Part shown: positions 26,597 through 40,719 of the stretch, in pieces | Numbering within the stretch: position 1 is the stretch's first letter | Layout: each line of letters opens with the position of its first letter | Assembly (NCBI GenBank): GCA_951406725.2 | Contig: OX597817.1 | Coordinates: 81,158,001 to 81,222,000 of the forward strand | From: Octopus vulgaris | Lineage: Eukaryota | DNA: 64,000 bases | Direction of reading: 5' to 3' | The notes under the pieces: model-generated | What the model saw: the letters and a program-made list of their open reading frames with translations, nothing else | The model's database searches: none | Told to the model about the DNA's origin: nothing | Program-made: the position numbers and the translations under genes

Positions 26597-29128
26597 GTAT
26601 ACATATTCACCAATGGTTTACTTTTCAAAAAATCTAAATCCTTTATGCTATTGTTTCGGTTGTTTAATTATCTAATTCAATGATTTAAATTTTCATCTTT
26701 ACCAGCCAATTTCATACAGAACTTTTCACAAGTAAATGAATTTTATCTTATCTTTATTTTAAATTATGATTATCATTGATTTAAATTTAATATTTTTCAC
26801 TTATCTGTAATTTAAAATTAATATGATTATCTTCAATTTAAATTAAATAGTTTTTCACTTATCCCTGCTTTACTTTAAAATTCCTTTTTTATCTTTATTT
26901 TTACTTGAACTAATATTTTTCTTTTTTTTAACTTGTTCTCGCTCCTCTTAATGTTATATTAATGCTTTAATTTTAACACAAAGAGGTTATACATTTTTGC
27001 TTGTTTTTTAATTAAATCCGTTCATTTTTTTATGCTTTCTTTCTTAGCTTATACATTTTAACCCTTTAGCTTTTAACATTAACAACTCATTTTGCTTCTA
27101 CTCCCATGTTCACTCAAACGTTTCCTTATCTTCTTTTTTCATACGCTCTTATAAAATAACAACATTTATATCTCTATCTGGACTCTTTAACCTCTCTCAT
27201 CTCGAAATATATTGTTTTAAACATGGCAAGTCCATAAGAGATGTTACCAAAGAACAAATGCAACAGTAACTGGCCTACCACGAGGTTATGTGCATTAAGT
27301 ATGCAACATAGATGAATAGTTTAATTAAATACTGCTATTTTTAATCAACCAAGATCAGGAAATGCTTTATTCACTTATTTACCATATCAAAGACGACAAA
27401 TTCTCGTCCGAGCATGGGGCTGGCTGCGAGCAGGGGCCTTTGAAAAGATCCAAAACGGCTTAAAAGCATCTGACGCTCTCGCTGGCTGTTGCTGGGACGT
27501 ATTTCTCTCTATTTATCTATCTCTTTCTCGTACTTTCTTTTTCTCTCTCTCACTCTCTCTCTCTCCTTCTTTCTCTCCCTCTCTCTCTTTCTCTTGCTAT
27601 CTCTCTCTTCCTCTCTCACTTTCTCCCTCCCTCTCGCTCTCTCTCTCTTTCTCACACACAAACCCCCACACACCCAAATCCACACACACACACACATACA
27701 CTGATATTTATCACGTTTTTAATACAAGTTCATAAGTGATGTTATCTCAGGACAAATACTGCAGTATACTGGCCTACCAAAGGTGTATATACATTAAGTA
27801 TGCCGCATAGATGGCTATTTTAATGAAATACTGACTCAATAGCGTATGCAGGACTTTTAATCGGCCAGGTGGCTAATCGCATCGTCAGTGAATATTTTAT
27901 TCGCTTTTTCCTATATCAGATACGATGCATTCTCGTCCAAGTATGTGGCTGGCTACGAGTATGCGCAATTGAAAAGACCCAAAAGAGACAACATGCAACT
28001 GGTGCTCTCACTGGCCGCTGCCGGGGCGAATACTCGTGTCTCTCTGATATTTATTGTGCTTTTTTTAACACAGCATGTCCATAATGCAGTAACTAGTCAA
28101 TCGACAAGGTGTATAGGTTAAGTAGATTACCAAGATCTTTATCTTTTATATTCTAATTTCTTGAGACATTAAACTGCGGCCATGCTGAGACACCGCCTTG
28201 AATCGATCCTAGTACTCATCATTTTTTTTAAAGCCTGATAGTAATTCTATATATATTTTAGGCCGAATTGCTAAATATGGAGACGTAAACACAATGAAAC
28301 TGGTTGCCAAGTGGTGAGGGGATACATAGACGACACATAGGCACACACGCACATACACATACATACATACACATACACGCACACATATGTTATCTTTTAT
28401 CTTCTACTTGTTTCAGTCATTAGAGTGCGGCCATCCTGGGGCACCGCCTTTTAGTTGAATGAATCGATCCCAGTACGCTTTTCAGCTTGGTACTTATTCT
28501 ATCGATCTCTTTTGCCGAACTGTTAAGTTACGGAGACGTAAAGGCAACAACACCGGTTGTCTAGCAGTGATGGGGAACATACACACACATGTATGTATGT
28601 ATGTATGTATGTATGTATGTATGTATGTATGTATGTATGTATGTATGTATGTATGTCTATACGACGAACTTCTTTCAGTTTTCATTAACCACACCCACGC
28701 ACAAGGCTTTCGTCGGCCCGAGGCTACAGTAGAAGACATTTTCCAAGGTATCACAGCAACGGGAAACTGAGCCAGGAACCATGTGGTTGGGAAGTGGTTA
28801 CAAATATTTATTCACCACTTCTAAAGCACTATTATTACCGCACCATTATTACAGTAATCTCTTTTTGGCTTTCTTACTTAACTAACACGATTACAACTTT
28901 CACAGTAACCTTGCAACGGAAATATTAAAGAACCGATAAATTCAAGGTAATCTTTTAAAATACACATAAAAATATTTATACACAAGCACGAAGTGTCTAC
29001 GTTTACTGTCACTGTTTTGTTATTCAAGGTGATAACCTTCCAATTGACTTATCTCAAGACTTTTATGCATTAACTCTCTCCGAACAATGACCTTGTTTTT
29101 CCATCTTCTTTTTATCTTATTCAGATCT

Positions 29129-29455
29129 CTGTGAAGGCGCGTGGCTTAGTGGTTAGGGTATTCGACTCACGATTGTAAGGTCGTGAGTTCAATTCCCGGC
29201 GACGTGTTGTGTCCTTGAGTAAGACACTTTATTTCACGTTGCTCTAGTCCACTCAGCTGGCAAAAATGAGTTGTACCTGCATTTCAAAGGGCCGGCCTTG
29301 TCACACTGTGTGTCACGCTGAATCTCCCTGAGAACTAATTTAGGGATACACGTGTCTGTGGATTGCTCAGTCACTTGCACGTTTATTTCATGAGCAAGCT
29401 GTTCCGTTGATCGTGTCAGCTGGGACCCTCGTCGTCGTAACCGACGGAGTGCTCC
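29129..29455 (+). mobile_element. tRNA-derived SINE with TSD
   Basis: A box TGGCTTAGTGG, B box GTTCAATTCC; 11-bp TSD TATTCAGATCT. Confidence 0.85.
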
Positions 29456-30048
29456 TATTCAGATCTAATTTTTATCCAATTTTCTTATTCACAACTATAG
29501 AACTCAGACCCTCCCCCTCTCTCCCTCCCTCTCTCTTTCCATCTCTCTCTCTATCTATCTATCTATCTATCTATCTATTTATCTATCTATCGCTCCATCT
29601 ATCTATCTATTTGTCTTTCTGTGTCTTTGTCTATCTCTCTATCCGTGTATGTGTCTGTCTATCACAATCACATTTTCTTTCTCTCTTTCTCTCCCTCTCT
29701 CTCTTTCTATCACTCTCTCCTTCTCTCTCTTTCTCTCTTTCTCTCTCATATCTAATGACCTATTTTCTCACTATATACATACATGCACATACATACATAC
29801 ATACATACATACATACATGCACATACATACATGCACATACATATACACGCGCGTGTGTCTGACGAAGGTGAGCACAACCGAAACTTAGAAGTCACTGTCA
29901 AGCTTTTACTTGCAAAACTTTAATAACTATGTACTGTCAAGCTTTTATTTGCAAAACTATAATAACTTTGCACTCTACCAAAAGTACTGAGTAATTCTTC
30001 CGTTTAATGTCAAATTGTTTTTTATATAACTTTACATAGAAACGAACA

Positions 30049-30092
<44 letters not shown>

Positions 30093-30434
30093 CACACACC
30101 CACAGGTACAGGCGTGTTTGTGCGATAAGAAAATTGTTTCACAACCACATGACTCCCGCTTCACCTTGGGCAAAGGTCTTCTGCTATAGCCTCGAGCTAA
30201 ACAAAGTCTTCTTAGACTGAGTTTGCTTCTTTCTGTGTTCCTTTCTGTGGAAGAGCGTAGGCTCGAAACGTTGAAGACTTTTTCACTCCCTGAGCATTAA
30301 ACTAATACATCTGTTTGTTGTCTACACCACCTGTCTTCATCTTTTGGGGTTTTTTTGTGAACAGCTAAGTTACGGGGACGTAAACACATCAACACTGGTT
30401 GTCAAGCGATGGGGGGGGGACAAACACACACACA

Positions 30435-30473
<39 letters not shown>

Positions 30474-30624
30474 ACGCGTGTGTGTGTCTGTGTGTTAACT
30501 CCAGCATTAGAGCGGTTTAGCTCTTATTTCTAGCAATGGAGCTGTTTCGTAACACCCTAGTCACATTTAGCAACAATTATAATTCTCATTTTTTGGTAAA
30601 CACTGCAAACTGCTGTTTATATTA

Positions 30625-30673
<49 letters not shown>

Positions 30674-30681
30674 ATATATAT

Positions 30682-33600
30682 TAATCCAGTCAAATTAGCT
30701 GTTATTCCCCAGAACCCGCCACTAATTGCAACAGAAACAAAACCTGTTAGAATTTGTTCAGTAGGGTATCCTTCATGATATACTAAAAATCTCACAAAAT
30801 TTTTTGAGTGGAACAACATTTTTTTTTCAGGGGTGAACTTTTGGATTTCAGGATTAGACGACCATGGTACAGACAGGCACAGCAACTCTTCTTATGAAGC
30901 TATCAAGACAGTTTTGGAGTTCTAGCCTATGTTTTTTTTTTCTGGTATATCTTTCACACGGAAATGTCTGCCATGAGATTCGAGACTGCCCTATAACTTT
31001 ACCAGGGATAGATTCACTCCACCTTAACCCTTAACCGACATTATATCTGCTATACGATTGGTATAAGAAGTGTGTATGATATAGCATGTCCAAGTATTGG
31101 ATTCTAAAGTTGGGATGTCTGTGCTGCTTGTATAACATCAGTATAAGTAGTAATATTCATAACTACATGTAGGTTTTCTCATAACGTCTGTCTTTAGGCC
31201 TATATTAATATTCAACCATTTTCTTTTCAGGCTCATCATGGCAGACAGCGTATTTTGTAACAAGAGACTGGTAGATGGAGCAGCAGTCACTCTGGCTGAT
31301 AGAGGTTATGAAGGCATAGCAAAAGCAAAGTCTTCAACATGAATTCAGTATTGTGGTGAAACCACGTAAAGTTGTTCACAGAGAAAGTAAAAAAGAAATT
31401 TTGTCATCCAAGTGAAATAGAACGGTTCAAGCGGAAACGTTCTTCAGACAGTGAAACAATGCTCACTCATCGCTGCAAAGAATAATTTGTATGCAAGGAC
31501 CACTATTTGGTCTGTGGATCAGGTAACAAATATGACGGGGGGGGGGGGGAGAAAATGATTTGACTTAATTCCTGTTTTCACATTAGGTTTTGACAGGCCT
31601 ATTATTAAGATTCATGATGACCATAAGAATGACTAGGCAGAAAAGGTAAAAGGCAGGGTGTTGTTTGCACAAGGCCTCCAAGCAGCTGATGCTGTATACC
31701 ACCAAGCCTGAAGTGTGACCTTCTGAACAGGAAAAGATGTTCCTCAGTTCGTTGATGTTGAGAGCCTGTCAAAAAAACGGAAAGTAGGGGGACCATCGGA
31801 TATAGTTACGGCAGATGCTTTTCAAACGATGACAGCTTTCCTGAAGGAGAACGATGAGGAACAGATGACGATTACTGCTCTCATTAACAAAATGAAGGAG
31901 TTCCTGGAAGACATCAATCTGGAATCTTATGGTTTTACTCACATGAAAGAGAAACTTCTTGATCATTTTGGAGAGAGAATAATAATAACTAAAATCAATG
32001 TATTTCAAAATATTGTGACATTCCGAGGTACAGCTTCTGTGATCCTGAACGACTTCTATAAACAGCCCAAGGATAGTGGCCCATAAGCGGAGAAGTTGAG
32101 ACTGATAGAAACTACGGCCAACCTCATTAGAAGTGATGTTAAGTCAGTTGTACAACTGAAGGACACTTACTCAACTAGTCTTTCTATGTGTGGTTTTTCA
32201 GAAGCTACTAACCATATTCCAGAGTCACTACACTTACTACTGAACACCGCATTTGTTAGAAAAGAAAAACGGTTGAGGGTATGCTCATTGGTGCAAACGA
32301 TCGTGCAGGCTGCCCGCCCCAGAGTTCTGACTGCACCATTTCAAGTAGGTCTCGGTGTGCAAATGCTTTCGCATTTTGCCTCAAGATTTCTGATTGACAC
32401 ACTGAATTCCCCTGGATTCTGTAGTTCATATTCAGAGGTGCAGATGACAAAACTGGAAGACATATACCCCAGTGTCTACCAACAGTTCACCCAGGAACTA
32501 CATGTAGTCAGGAGGATTGACAACTTCTGGGTAAGGTTGGCTCCAGACCTAGTGATCGAACAGGTACTAATGAGAAGTCTGAAGACTAGTGGAGGTTTCA
32601 CCAGAGGAAGAGGAATGGAGGAAACCCAAAGACTGGTCTGGTGTCTTTCAAGGCCAGTCTGTACAGAAGTAAACATGGTAATGCAACAACTGACATTCAT
32701 CACATTCGAGACGAGTGAATAGCATGAAGACATATCACAAGCTCGGCAAACAAGGGACAGTCAAGACTGTAGCAAATTACTGTCCTTTTTGACTGGAGGT
32801 CTCCATTCGAAGCAGACTCATCCCTCCGCGACATAGTCAGCCGAATCTTGGTTGGTTCCGAGGTTAATGTGGATGATGCAAAAAGAATCGGATATGACAT
32901 TCTTAATGAAATGGTTGGACAACATGTGGTCAAGTACAGTTTCAAAAGAAAAGCTCAAGCTGTGACTTTTGACTCTAAGCCAGCAATCAAGATAGGTGAT
33001 GAGAAAGTACAGATTGATCCTCTCTTTTTTTTTTTGTTTCAACGACTCATCATTGCAGGATCTCAGGCAAATGATCTTCTGAATGCCCTCACCTATGAAC
33101 TTTACAACTACCCACCTACCTTGTTCGAAAGGAAGGAAAAGCTCCTGAAAGCTGTAAACCACAACTAGCTGATGTTATCTGGTCCGAGGTACCACACAAC
33201 CCAGCACCATGTAAAAATATCACATATGTCCTTGATGGAAGTATTCTTCTCCATCGCATTCCATGGCAACATAGTGAAACATACAAGATATTGCAGGACT
33301 ATACTAGATATGTTACAAAACACTGTGGTCAGGTAGTGATTGTGTTTGCGGGTTATGAGGCTGGGCCTTCAACAAAAGACAGCACACATCAGCGCCGAGT
33401 GGAGTTTGAGGGTAAGAAGGTGACATTCCATATGTCCACGAAGCTCCAGTAAAAAAGGATGGAATTCCTCTCAAACCAAGAGAGCAAGCAACGCTTTCTT
33501 GAACTTTTGGGAGATGCCCTGGCCAAAGAAAGCTATGAAGTTATCCGTGCCAGAGGGATGCAGATACTCTTATTGTCCAAACTGCAATGAGAATCTCTGA

Positions 33601-35229
33601 GGACAGAGAAACTGTGTTAGTCGGAGACGACACAGACCTACTTGTTCTCCCCCTCCACCTTGCAGGAGAAAGCAAACATGACACCCACTTCCGATCTGAA
33701 CCAAAGAAAGGAGCAGAAGTCAGGTGTTGTGAGTGTTAATTCGATCAAGCATAAGCTTGGAGTCCAGGTTTTGAGGTATATTCTCTTCGTGCATGCTTTC
33801 TTGAGGTGTGATACCACATCCAGAGGTTTTAGGATCGGGAAGGTAGCAGGTTTCAAACTTATAGTGAGGCATTTCGGAAACAGGCGGAGGTGTTCTGGAG
33901 TATATTCGGCATCCGTCCGTCTCGAGAGACGATGGTGTAGCTCGAAAAAGGTGGTGTGTTTATCTGCACTTCCTGGTGTTGCTGTGCAGACCAATCATCG
34001 AGTGGCAGTCTCTACCACATCTGGTGCAAGTGAAAGGGGATGAGAGCTGTGGTTGCTGCTCCTTTCGCCTGGTTCTCTTTAGTTTGACAGTAGTGGTCCT
34101 CAGGTTTTCTGCTGTCATATTTACTGTATATCTGCCTTTTTCTCACTAATTTTTATATATTGTATATTTTTATAGCTTGTTCACTATATAAATTTTTATG
34201 TACTTCACATCATATATTTTATGTATATTTTGTGTTCTGAAGTAAAATGGTAACAAAGGACAACATCATCACGGCTGGTTAGAGAACGCAATGGCCATTG
34301 TCCATGCGTGGAACCCCAGTGATTCCCTCAATGATGTTAGATATCACCGATTCCAAGCCCTTGTCATCACGGGAAATAAGGCAGTTCTTCCTAACATGTA
34401 GCCACCAACATCAGCATCTACGAAGTACCATAGCCTGCATGTCTACCATCAAGTCCAAGAGAGGCAGGGGAACACGCTGAATGCTGAAGACTGGGGATGG
34501 AAACTATCAGATGGAACGTTTAAATCAGTCATCTCTAACCTTGCCCCGGCACCACAGTCGTTGTTGACTCTAGTGCGGTATGCCTACAAGTCAGGTTGTA
34601 GGACGCTGCGCTGTAGCTGCCGCCGGCATGGGCTTCCATGCTCAATTGCTTGTTCTGGTGTTTGTCAGAACAATGACTATGACAGTGCTGAGGATGGAGG
34701 TAACAGCTAAATCTGACTGAAGAGGTAACTGAAATGATGGACATTGTGGACTGTAAGCATTTACTGTACAGCATATACTTGTGTCTATGTATTTAATTTT
34801 ATTTTTTTCATATCCCCTGATGATGTCAATATAAATGAAAACACTTGGGATTCGGAATTTTATTTTATCCTGTGGTAAACAATTTTATTGTGGACCTATA
34901 TGTGTGTGCGGAAGTGGGTGTAAATGAGGGTAAATCCTTTTAACTTTATGGGATGGGGGAACTCATTTTTAACACTTTTGCTTGAAAGATTAACGATGAA
35001 AACATAGGTAAAAGTGTTCTTTTGAATTATCTTGATTAGTTGAGAAGTTAGTTTCGCTAAGTTAAAAAATGGTAAAATAGTGATGCTTTTTTATTCTGTT
35101 ATTTCACCATGTTCCACTCCGGCGATTCTTTGAGACTTTTAGTATGTTATAAGAAACCTTTATCCAAGACAAATAACACTGGTTTCGTTTCTGTTGCAAT
35201 TAGTGGTGGGTCCTGGTGTACATTTACTG

Positions 35230-35234
<5 letters not shown>
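30682..35234 (+). mobile_element. Academ (AcademX)-like DNA transposon, decayed
   Basis: ~130-bp imperfect TIRs (TAATCCAGT...CCACTAATTGCAACAGAAAC...GAGTGGAACA); possible TAT TSD; fragments include ARPR...GLGVQM.HFASRFLIDTL, DLVIEQVLMRSLKTSGG, XPG/FEN-like VLDG.., PSTKD, GDDTDLLVL, HAFL.CDTTS, and a C-terminal Cys cluster. Confidence 0.75.
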
Positions 35235-35297
<63 letters not shown>

Positions 35298-35300
<3 letters not shown>

Positions 35301-35930
35301 GGTGTTCGGGCTTAATTTAACGAGATATCATGCCTCCTTTTTTTAGGAACAGTTTGATGTATTAGTGAACAGTCTACAGCGCTGGAGAGTATAAAGATTA
35401 AATTTGTGGTTGAGAAGAGGTTAGCTACTTACATGGAGAACTGAATGCTATCTGAATATAAGGTAAGCTCCTTACCTTACTTCTGGAAAGACTCAGAAAT
35501 GGTTGTCGGAGAATTTCTACAACTTCACCAACCACAATTTCTAGCCTCCTAATCACCCCGATTGTAATCCCATGGGTGCGGAGGCGCGTGGTTTAGTGCT
35601 TAAGGTATTGGACTCATGATCGTAAAATTGTAGTGTCGATCCATGGACCGAGTGACGCGTTGTGTTCTTGAGCAAAACGCCCTCCTTTCAAGTTGCTCCA
35701 GACCACTGAGCTGGCAAAAACGAGCAATCCTGCGACGCTGGCGTCCCATCCAGGTGAGGAATATATACGCCATGAAACCGGAAAAACGGCCCTTATGTGT
35801 CGGTATGACTCGAGAAAGTAACTTTACCTAATCCCATGGATTACTATGTCTCGGTGCAGTTTAGAAAGTCACCAGCGCTCTGCCTACAGCAACAAGACCG
35901 AGCTGGTGGTCAAGATCTTCCCAGGGACAC
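35298..35930 (+). mobile_element. Internally deleted maT/mariner-like fragment interrupted by a SINE
   Basis: TA-CAGGGTG start; PPNHPDCNPMDYYV motif split by the SINE at 35576-35828. Confidence 0.55.
35576..35828 (+). mobile_element. tRNA-derived SINE with TSD
   Basis: tRNA-like head; 11-bp TSD TAATCCCATGG. Confidence 0.8.
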
Positions 35931-37135
35931 GGTACTGAGGTTGATGTAATCCGTTGAAACAATACTACTGGTCGAAATAAAGCAGCGAGATAGCAGAAAC
36001 GTTAGCACGCCAGAAAAAATGCTTGGTAGCCGGACAAAATGCTTCGTAGCATTTCGTCCGTCTTCAGGTTCTGAGTTTAAATTTCGCTGAAGTTGACTTT
36101 GCCTTTCGTCCTTTCACAGTCAATAAAAATAAGGACCAGTCGAGCATTGAGGTTGATGTAATTGACTTACACCCCTCCCAGAATTGCTGGACTTGAGCCA
36201 CAATTTTAAACTAATATTACTGGTCGAATTTGGCAGAAGCTTAGCGGCATTTCGTCCGTCTTTATGTTGTAAGTTCAAATTCCGCCGAGGTTGACTTTGC
36301 CTTTCATTCTTTCGAGAGTCAATAAAACCAGTTGAGTATTACTATTCGAAATGTTGTTTTGAAATTCCATATTATATTGAGGAAATTACTAAAAAGTTTT
36401 TCTAAAGGCGATAAACCAGTGGTTAGTAGTGTATTTAATTTTGTTCAACTACAGTAGTTATAAATGTTTAAGAAGTACTGCTCTACGAAGGCGTATGGCT
36501 CAGAGACTCGAGCGCCGGGCTTCCAATCATGAGATTGTGATTTCGATTCCTGGACTGGGCTGTGTGTTGTGTTCTTGAGCAAATCATTTTACTTCACGTT
36601 GTTCCAGTTCACTCAGCGGTAGAAATGAGTTGCGACGTCACCAGTGTCAAGCTGCATCGCCCTTTGCCTTTCCCTTGGATAACATCGGTGGCATGGAGAG
36701 GGGAGGCCGGTATGCATGAGCGACTGCTGATCTTTCATAAACAACCTTGCCTGGACTTGTGCCTCGAAGGGGAACTTTCTAGGTGCTATCCCAAGGTCAT
36801 TCATGACCGAAGGGAGTTTTTACCCTTACCTTTTATTACTCCATAAACTCATCTATCAGTGGTCTTTCATTACATCATTATAAATCTGAGAATTGTCGTT
36901 TAAGTAAGAAAAACAAACATGTATCAATTTATATCAATACATTGCAACCGTAAGCAAACAGGCTGAGGTAAGATGACAAAAGAATGGAGTCTAATGTACC
37001 TGGAAAGAGTAGGCTGCACCTCCGATATTTCCACTATATAAGCGCAGGAGTGGCTGTGTGGTAAGAAGTTTGCTTCCCAACCACATAGTTCCGGGTTGAG
37101 TTCCACTGCGTAGCACCTTGCATAAGTATCGTCAA

Positions 37136-37493
37136 GCCTCAAACTGGCAGAATCGTTAGCACGCCGGGCGAAATGCTTTGCGGTATTTCGTCTGCCGTTA
37201 CGTTCTGATTCAAATTCCGCTGAGGTCGACTTTGCCTTTCATCCTTTCGGGGTCGATGTCTGTCCTTGTTTGTCCCCTCTATGTTTAGCCCCTTGTGGGC
37301 AATAAAGAAATAGGTATTTCGTCTGCCGTTACGTTCTGAGTTCAAATTCCGCCGAGGTCGACTTTGCCTTTCATCCTTTCGGGGTTGATAAATTAAGTAC
37401 CAGTTATGTACTGGGGTTTATGTAATCGACTTAATCCCTTTGTCTGCCCTTGTTTATCCCCTCTATGTTTATCCCCTTGTGGGCAATAATGAA
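37136..37493 (+). mobile_element. Nin-like SINE dimer nested in another SINE
   Basis: 14-bp TSD ATAAGTATCGTCAA (37122-37135, 37494-37507); the host SINE spans ~37040-37820. Confidence 0.85.
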
Positions 37494-38921
37494 ATAAGTA
37501 TCGTCAACTATAGCCTCAGGCTGACCAAAGCCTCACAAGTGGATTTGGTAGACGGAAACTGAAAGAAGCCCGTCATATATGTTTGTGTGTGTCTGTCTGT
37601 GCCTTTCTAACTGTATCTGTCCCCCACTACTACTTGACAACCGGTGTTGGTGTGTTTACAACCCCGTAACGTAGCGGATCGGCAAAGGAGATCGATAGAA
37701 TAAGTACTAGGCTTTAAAATATAAGTACTTCAGTCGATTCATTCGTCTAAAAATTCTTCAAGGCGGTGCCCTAGCGTAGCCACAGTCTAATGACTAAAAC
37801 AAGTAAACGATAAAAGATAAGATATGTCGGGTGTCTCTACAAGACTGAGGCCAACTCGTATTATACTATTCAGCCACTTTTATCCCTAGGGAATATAGAA
37901 CAATTGATGAAGCCAGCGTTCGATTCTGAATGTAAATTTGGCGATGTGAGAGACAGAGCCATACGAAGAAGCAACAACCACAATAGCAGCCGAATCACCC
38001 TCAAATCACAATCCAGATGTTTATTGGGTTTTTTGGTTGTTGTTTTTTTTTGTTTTTTTTTTTGTAAGATATAAAGATAGAGGACATACATTAGATAATC
38101 TAGTTCTAGATGCTAAAAAGCCTTTCATCAAAGATCTGCAGATCTGCTTGAATGGTGCTGACCTATTTTCATTCTTCATGATTTACAGATGTTTTTCCTT
38201 ATTCCATTGTAGTTATTGGTTTTGTTATTGATGTTGTTGTTGTTGGTATTGGAGATGGTGATGGTAATTAACTTATCTAAATATTCCAGGCACTCACGTA
38301 GCTTCAGTATTTTTCCTTTTTTTATGACACACTTCGCATCATAGATAACTCAGAACATATAAATAACAACAGCAACAACACGTAGAGGAAGCATACATAT
38401 GCATACACACACGCGCGCATACATACATACATACATACAGACATTCAGAAAAAATGACATACGAATAGTCATTTCGTCGTTTAATCATGTGTTCCCAATA
38501 ACTACAAAATATTAATTTGAACAGTCGAGAATTTTATTCTGCTGACAGCAAGGTGAGAATGAAAGACAGCGTGAAAACGAACCGCTTACGCGTATAAGGC
38601 CCTTATGCAACAAATATATATGTATATGTATACCACAATTTAAAATATCTAATGACATAGTGAATATTAAAAGCCACTCTTCTATCTACCGAAGATAGCA
38701 GCTCTTTCAACGGTTTTTGAGTTCAAGTTGATTAAAGAAAGAAAGAACAAAACACATGCATAAATTTTGGTTGGTTCATTTCTGCAAATGATGATCGCTT
38801 CAATACACCGTTGAATTGGTTTAGTCGACAGGCGGTTGAATTCCTGTTTGTGTTGTGATTCTCTAGATTTGTTTTCTTGCTTTGATTATACAACGATGCC
38901 AGTGCTACAAGCTGTGCAGTA

Positions 38922-39078
38922 ATGTCTTGTACGCTGAAGGACTGGGACGATCATGTCGACGTAGATCTAGTGTTTAGGTACCTAGGTCGCTTCGGGAAAT
39001 ACCAGATTGCTCAATATGTCCAGATATTGCTTGGGATTTTACCTGCTGCGGTTAATATTTTTTCAAACGTCTTTACAG
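38922..39078 (+). CDS. SLC22/organic cation transporter-like gene, coding exon 1
   Basis: ATG at 38922 gives MSCTLKDWDDHVDVDLVFRYLGRFGKYQIAQYVQILLGILPAAVNIFSNVFT, containing the SLC22 N-terminal 'D..L..LG.FG.YQ' signature and TM1. Ends at G|GTAAG (phase 1), compatible with the next exon. Confidence 0.9.
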
Positions 39079-39118
39079 GTAAGACTATACAGATTTAACC
39101 AGAGGGTTTTCAAATACA

Positions 39119-39170
<52 letters not shown>

Positions 39171-39361
39171 ATCGTTACTACGCCGGACAGTATGCTTAGC
39201 GGCATTTTGCCCACCTTGCGCTCTGAGTTCAAATTCTGCCGAAATCGACTTCGCCTTTCGTCCTTTCGGGGTCGATGAATTAAGTACCAGTCAAGTACTG
39301 GGGTCGATGTAATCGACTTCCCTCTCAAAAACCGCTGGCCCTGTTCCAACATTTGAAACCG

Positions 39362-39415
<54 letters not shown>

Positions 39416-39442
39416 TTGCTGTTGTTGTTGTTGATGTTGTTG

Positions 39443-39768
39443 TTTCCTTCTTTCCTCAAATTTTCTTCCATTTCTCGACGAATGTTTTCCGTACACCTAG
39501 GGCAGAGAAGCTCATTGTATGCATTCCTAGATTACACACGCAAATTCACAGGTAAAATATGTATTTTAAAAAATTTATTAATAAATTCATGAATGTATGT
39601 TTTCACAGCGATAATGCTCTTCTCAGTACATGAGTCGTTCCAGTTAACACGATTTTCTAGGGATGGTAAGCCTGGTATCATTTTCAAATAGGTTTCAGTG
39701 CCTTTTTTTATCATTCCTAGAGATCCTACAATCACTGGTACTGTAGTCGCCTTGAGATGCCACATTTT
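39443..39768 (-). mobile_element. R4/Dong-like extreme 3' end, second copy
   Basis: Highly similar to 17686-18036. Confidence 0.8.
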
Positions 39769-39790
39769 TATTATTATTGTTATTATTATT

Positions 39791-40351
39791 GAGTGAGAGA
39801 GAGCAGTGCATGCCATCAAAGTGACACTGGGGTAAACATATACAAAGCCCAGTATACCCATCATGACTATCCGTCTGATAAGGGTACACTAGGCACATGC
39901 ATCACAACCATATGAACGCGACATGGTGATCTTATATCAAGATAAACAGCGCATGACTTTGCAGGTGGGGCCCAGTTAGAATTTTCTTCTGGTCGAGTAA
40001 CCCATCCCGCTCAAAAGGTCCCTGAATAAGGGTTGTTTAAGGATGTTGAACGAAGCACCCATGTTTCCAGAGGTGAATTATTCAAACTCCAAAGAATTCC
40101 TTTCAACACATGGCTATGATGCTCCCCCTTTACTTCTGCTCGTGATCAGAGAAGCACGTATCGTCAGCCACTAAGGGACATGCTCAACTGGTTAAAGGTC
40201 AAACAACTGACAAGCAAATCTGTGGTATTGAGCAGAATATTTGCTATAGCCCATCTTTTATACCAAGACATAACAATGTACATGATAACACTTCCAATCA
40301 GTTACGATCAGAAGCCATGAGAGCCACTGCTTGGTACTGCATCAGGGCATT
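39791..40351. mobile_element. ~560-bp (ATT)n-embedded element, copy 2
   Basis: Same ends as copy 1; flanked by ATT repeats on both sides. Confidence 0.85.
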
Positions 40352-40362
40352 TATTATTGTTG

Positions 40363-40444
<82 letters not shown>

Positions 40445-40719
40445 CATCATCATCATCATTATTATCATTAAGGCGAAAAGTTGGCAGGATTAATAGCACA
40501 CCAGGCAAAATGCTTTGCGGCATTTCATCTATCTTTAAATTCTGAAATCAAATGCCGTCGAGGTCGACTTTGCCTTTTTGTGCTTTCGTAGTCGATAAAA
40601 TACGTACCAGATTAACACTGGGGTCGATGTAATCGACTATCCCCCACCCCTGAAATGGCTGGTTTTGTGCAAAAATTTGAAACCATTATTAATACTATTG
40701 TTGTAGCTGTCGTTATTTA

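Noticed and set aside
26600-27200. Possible Penelope GIY-YIG remnant on the minus strand
   Set aside because: Too AT-rich and decayed to support without an alignment.
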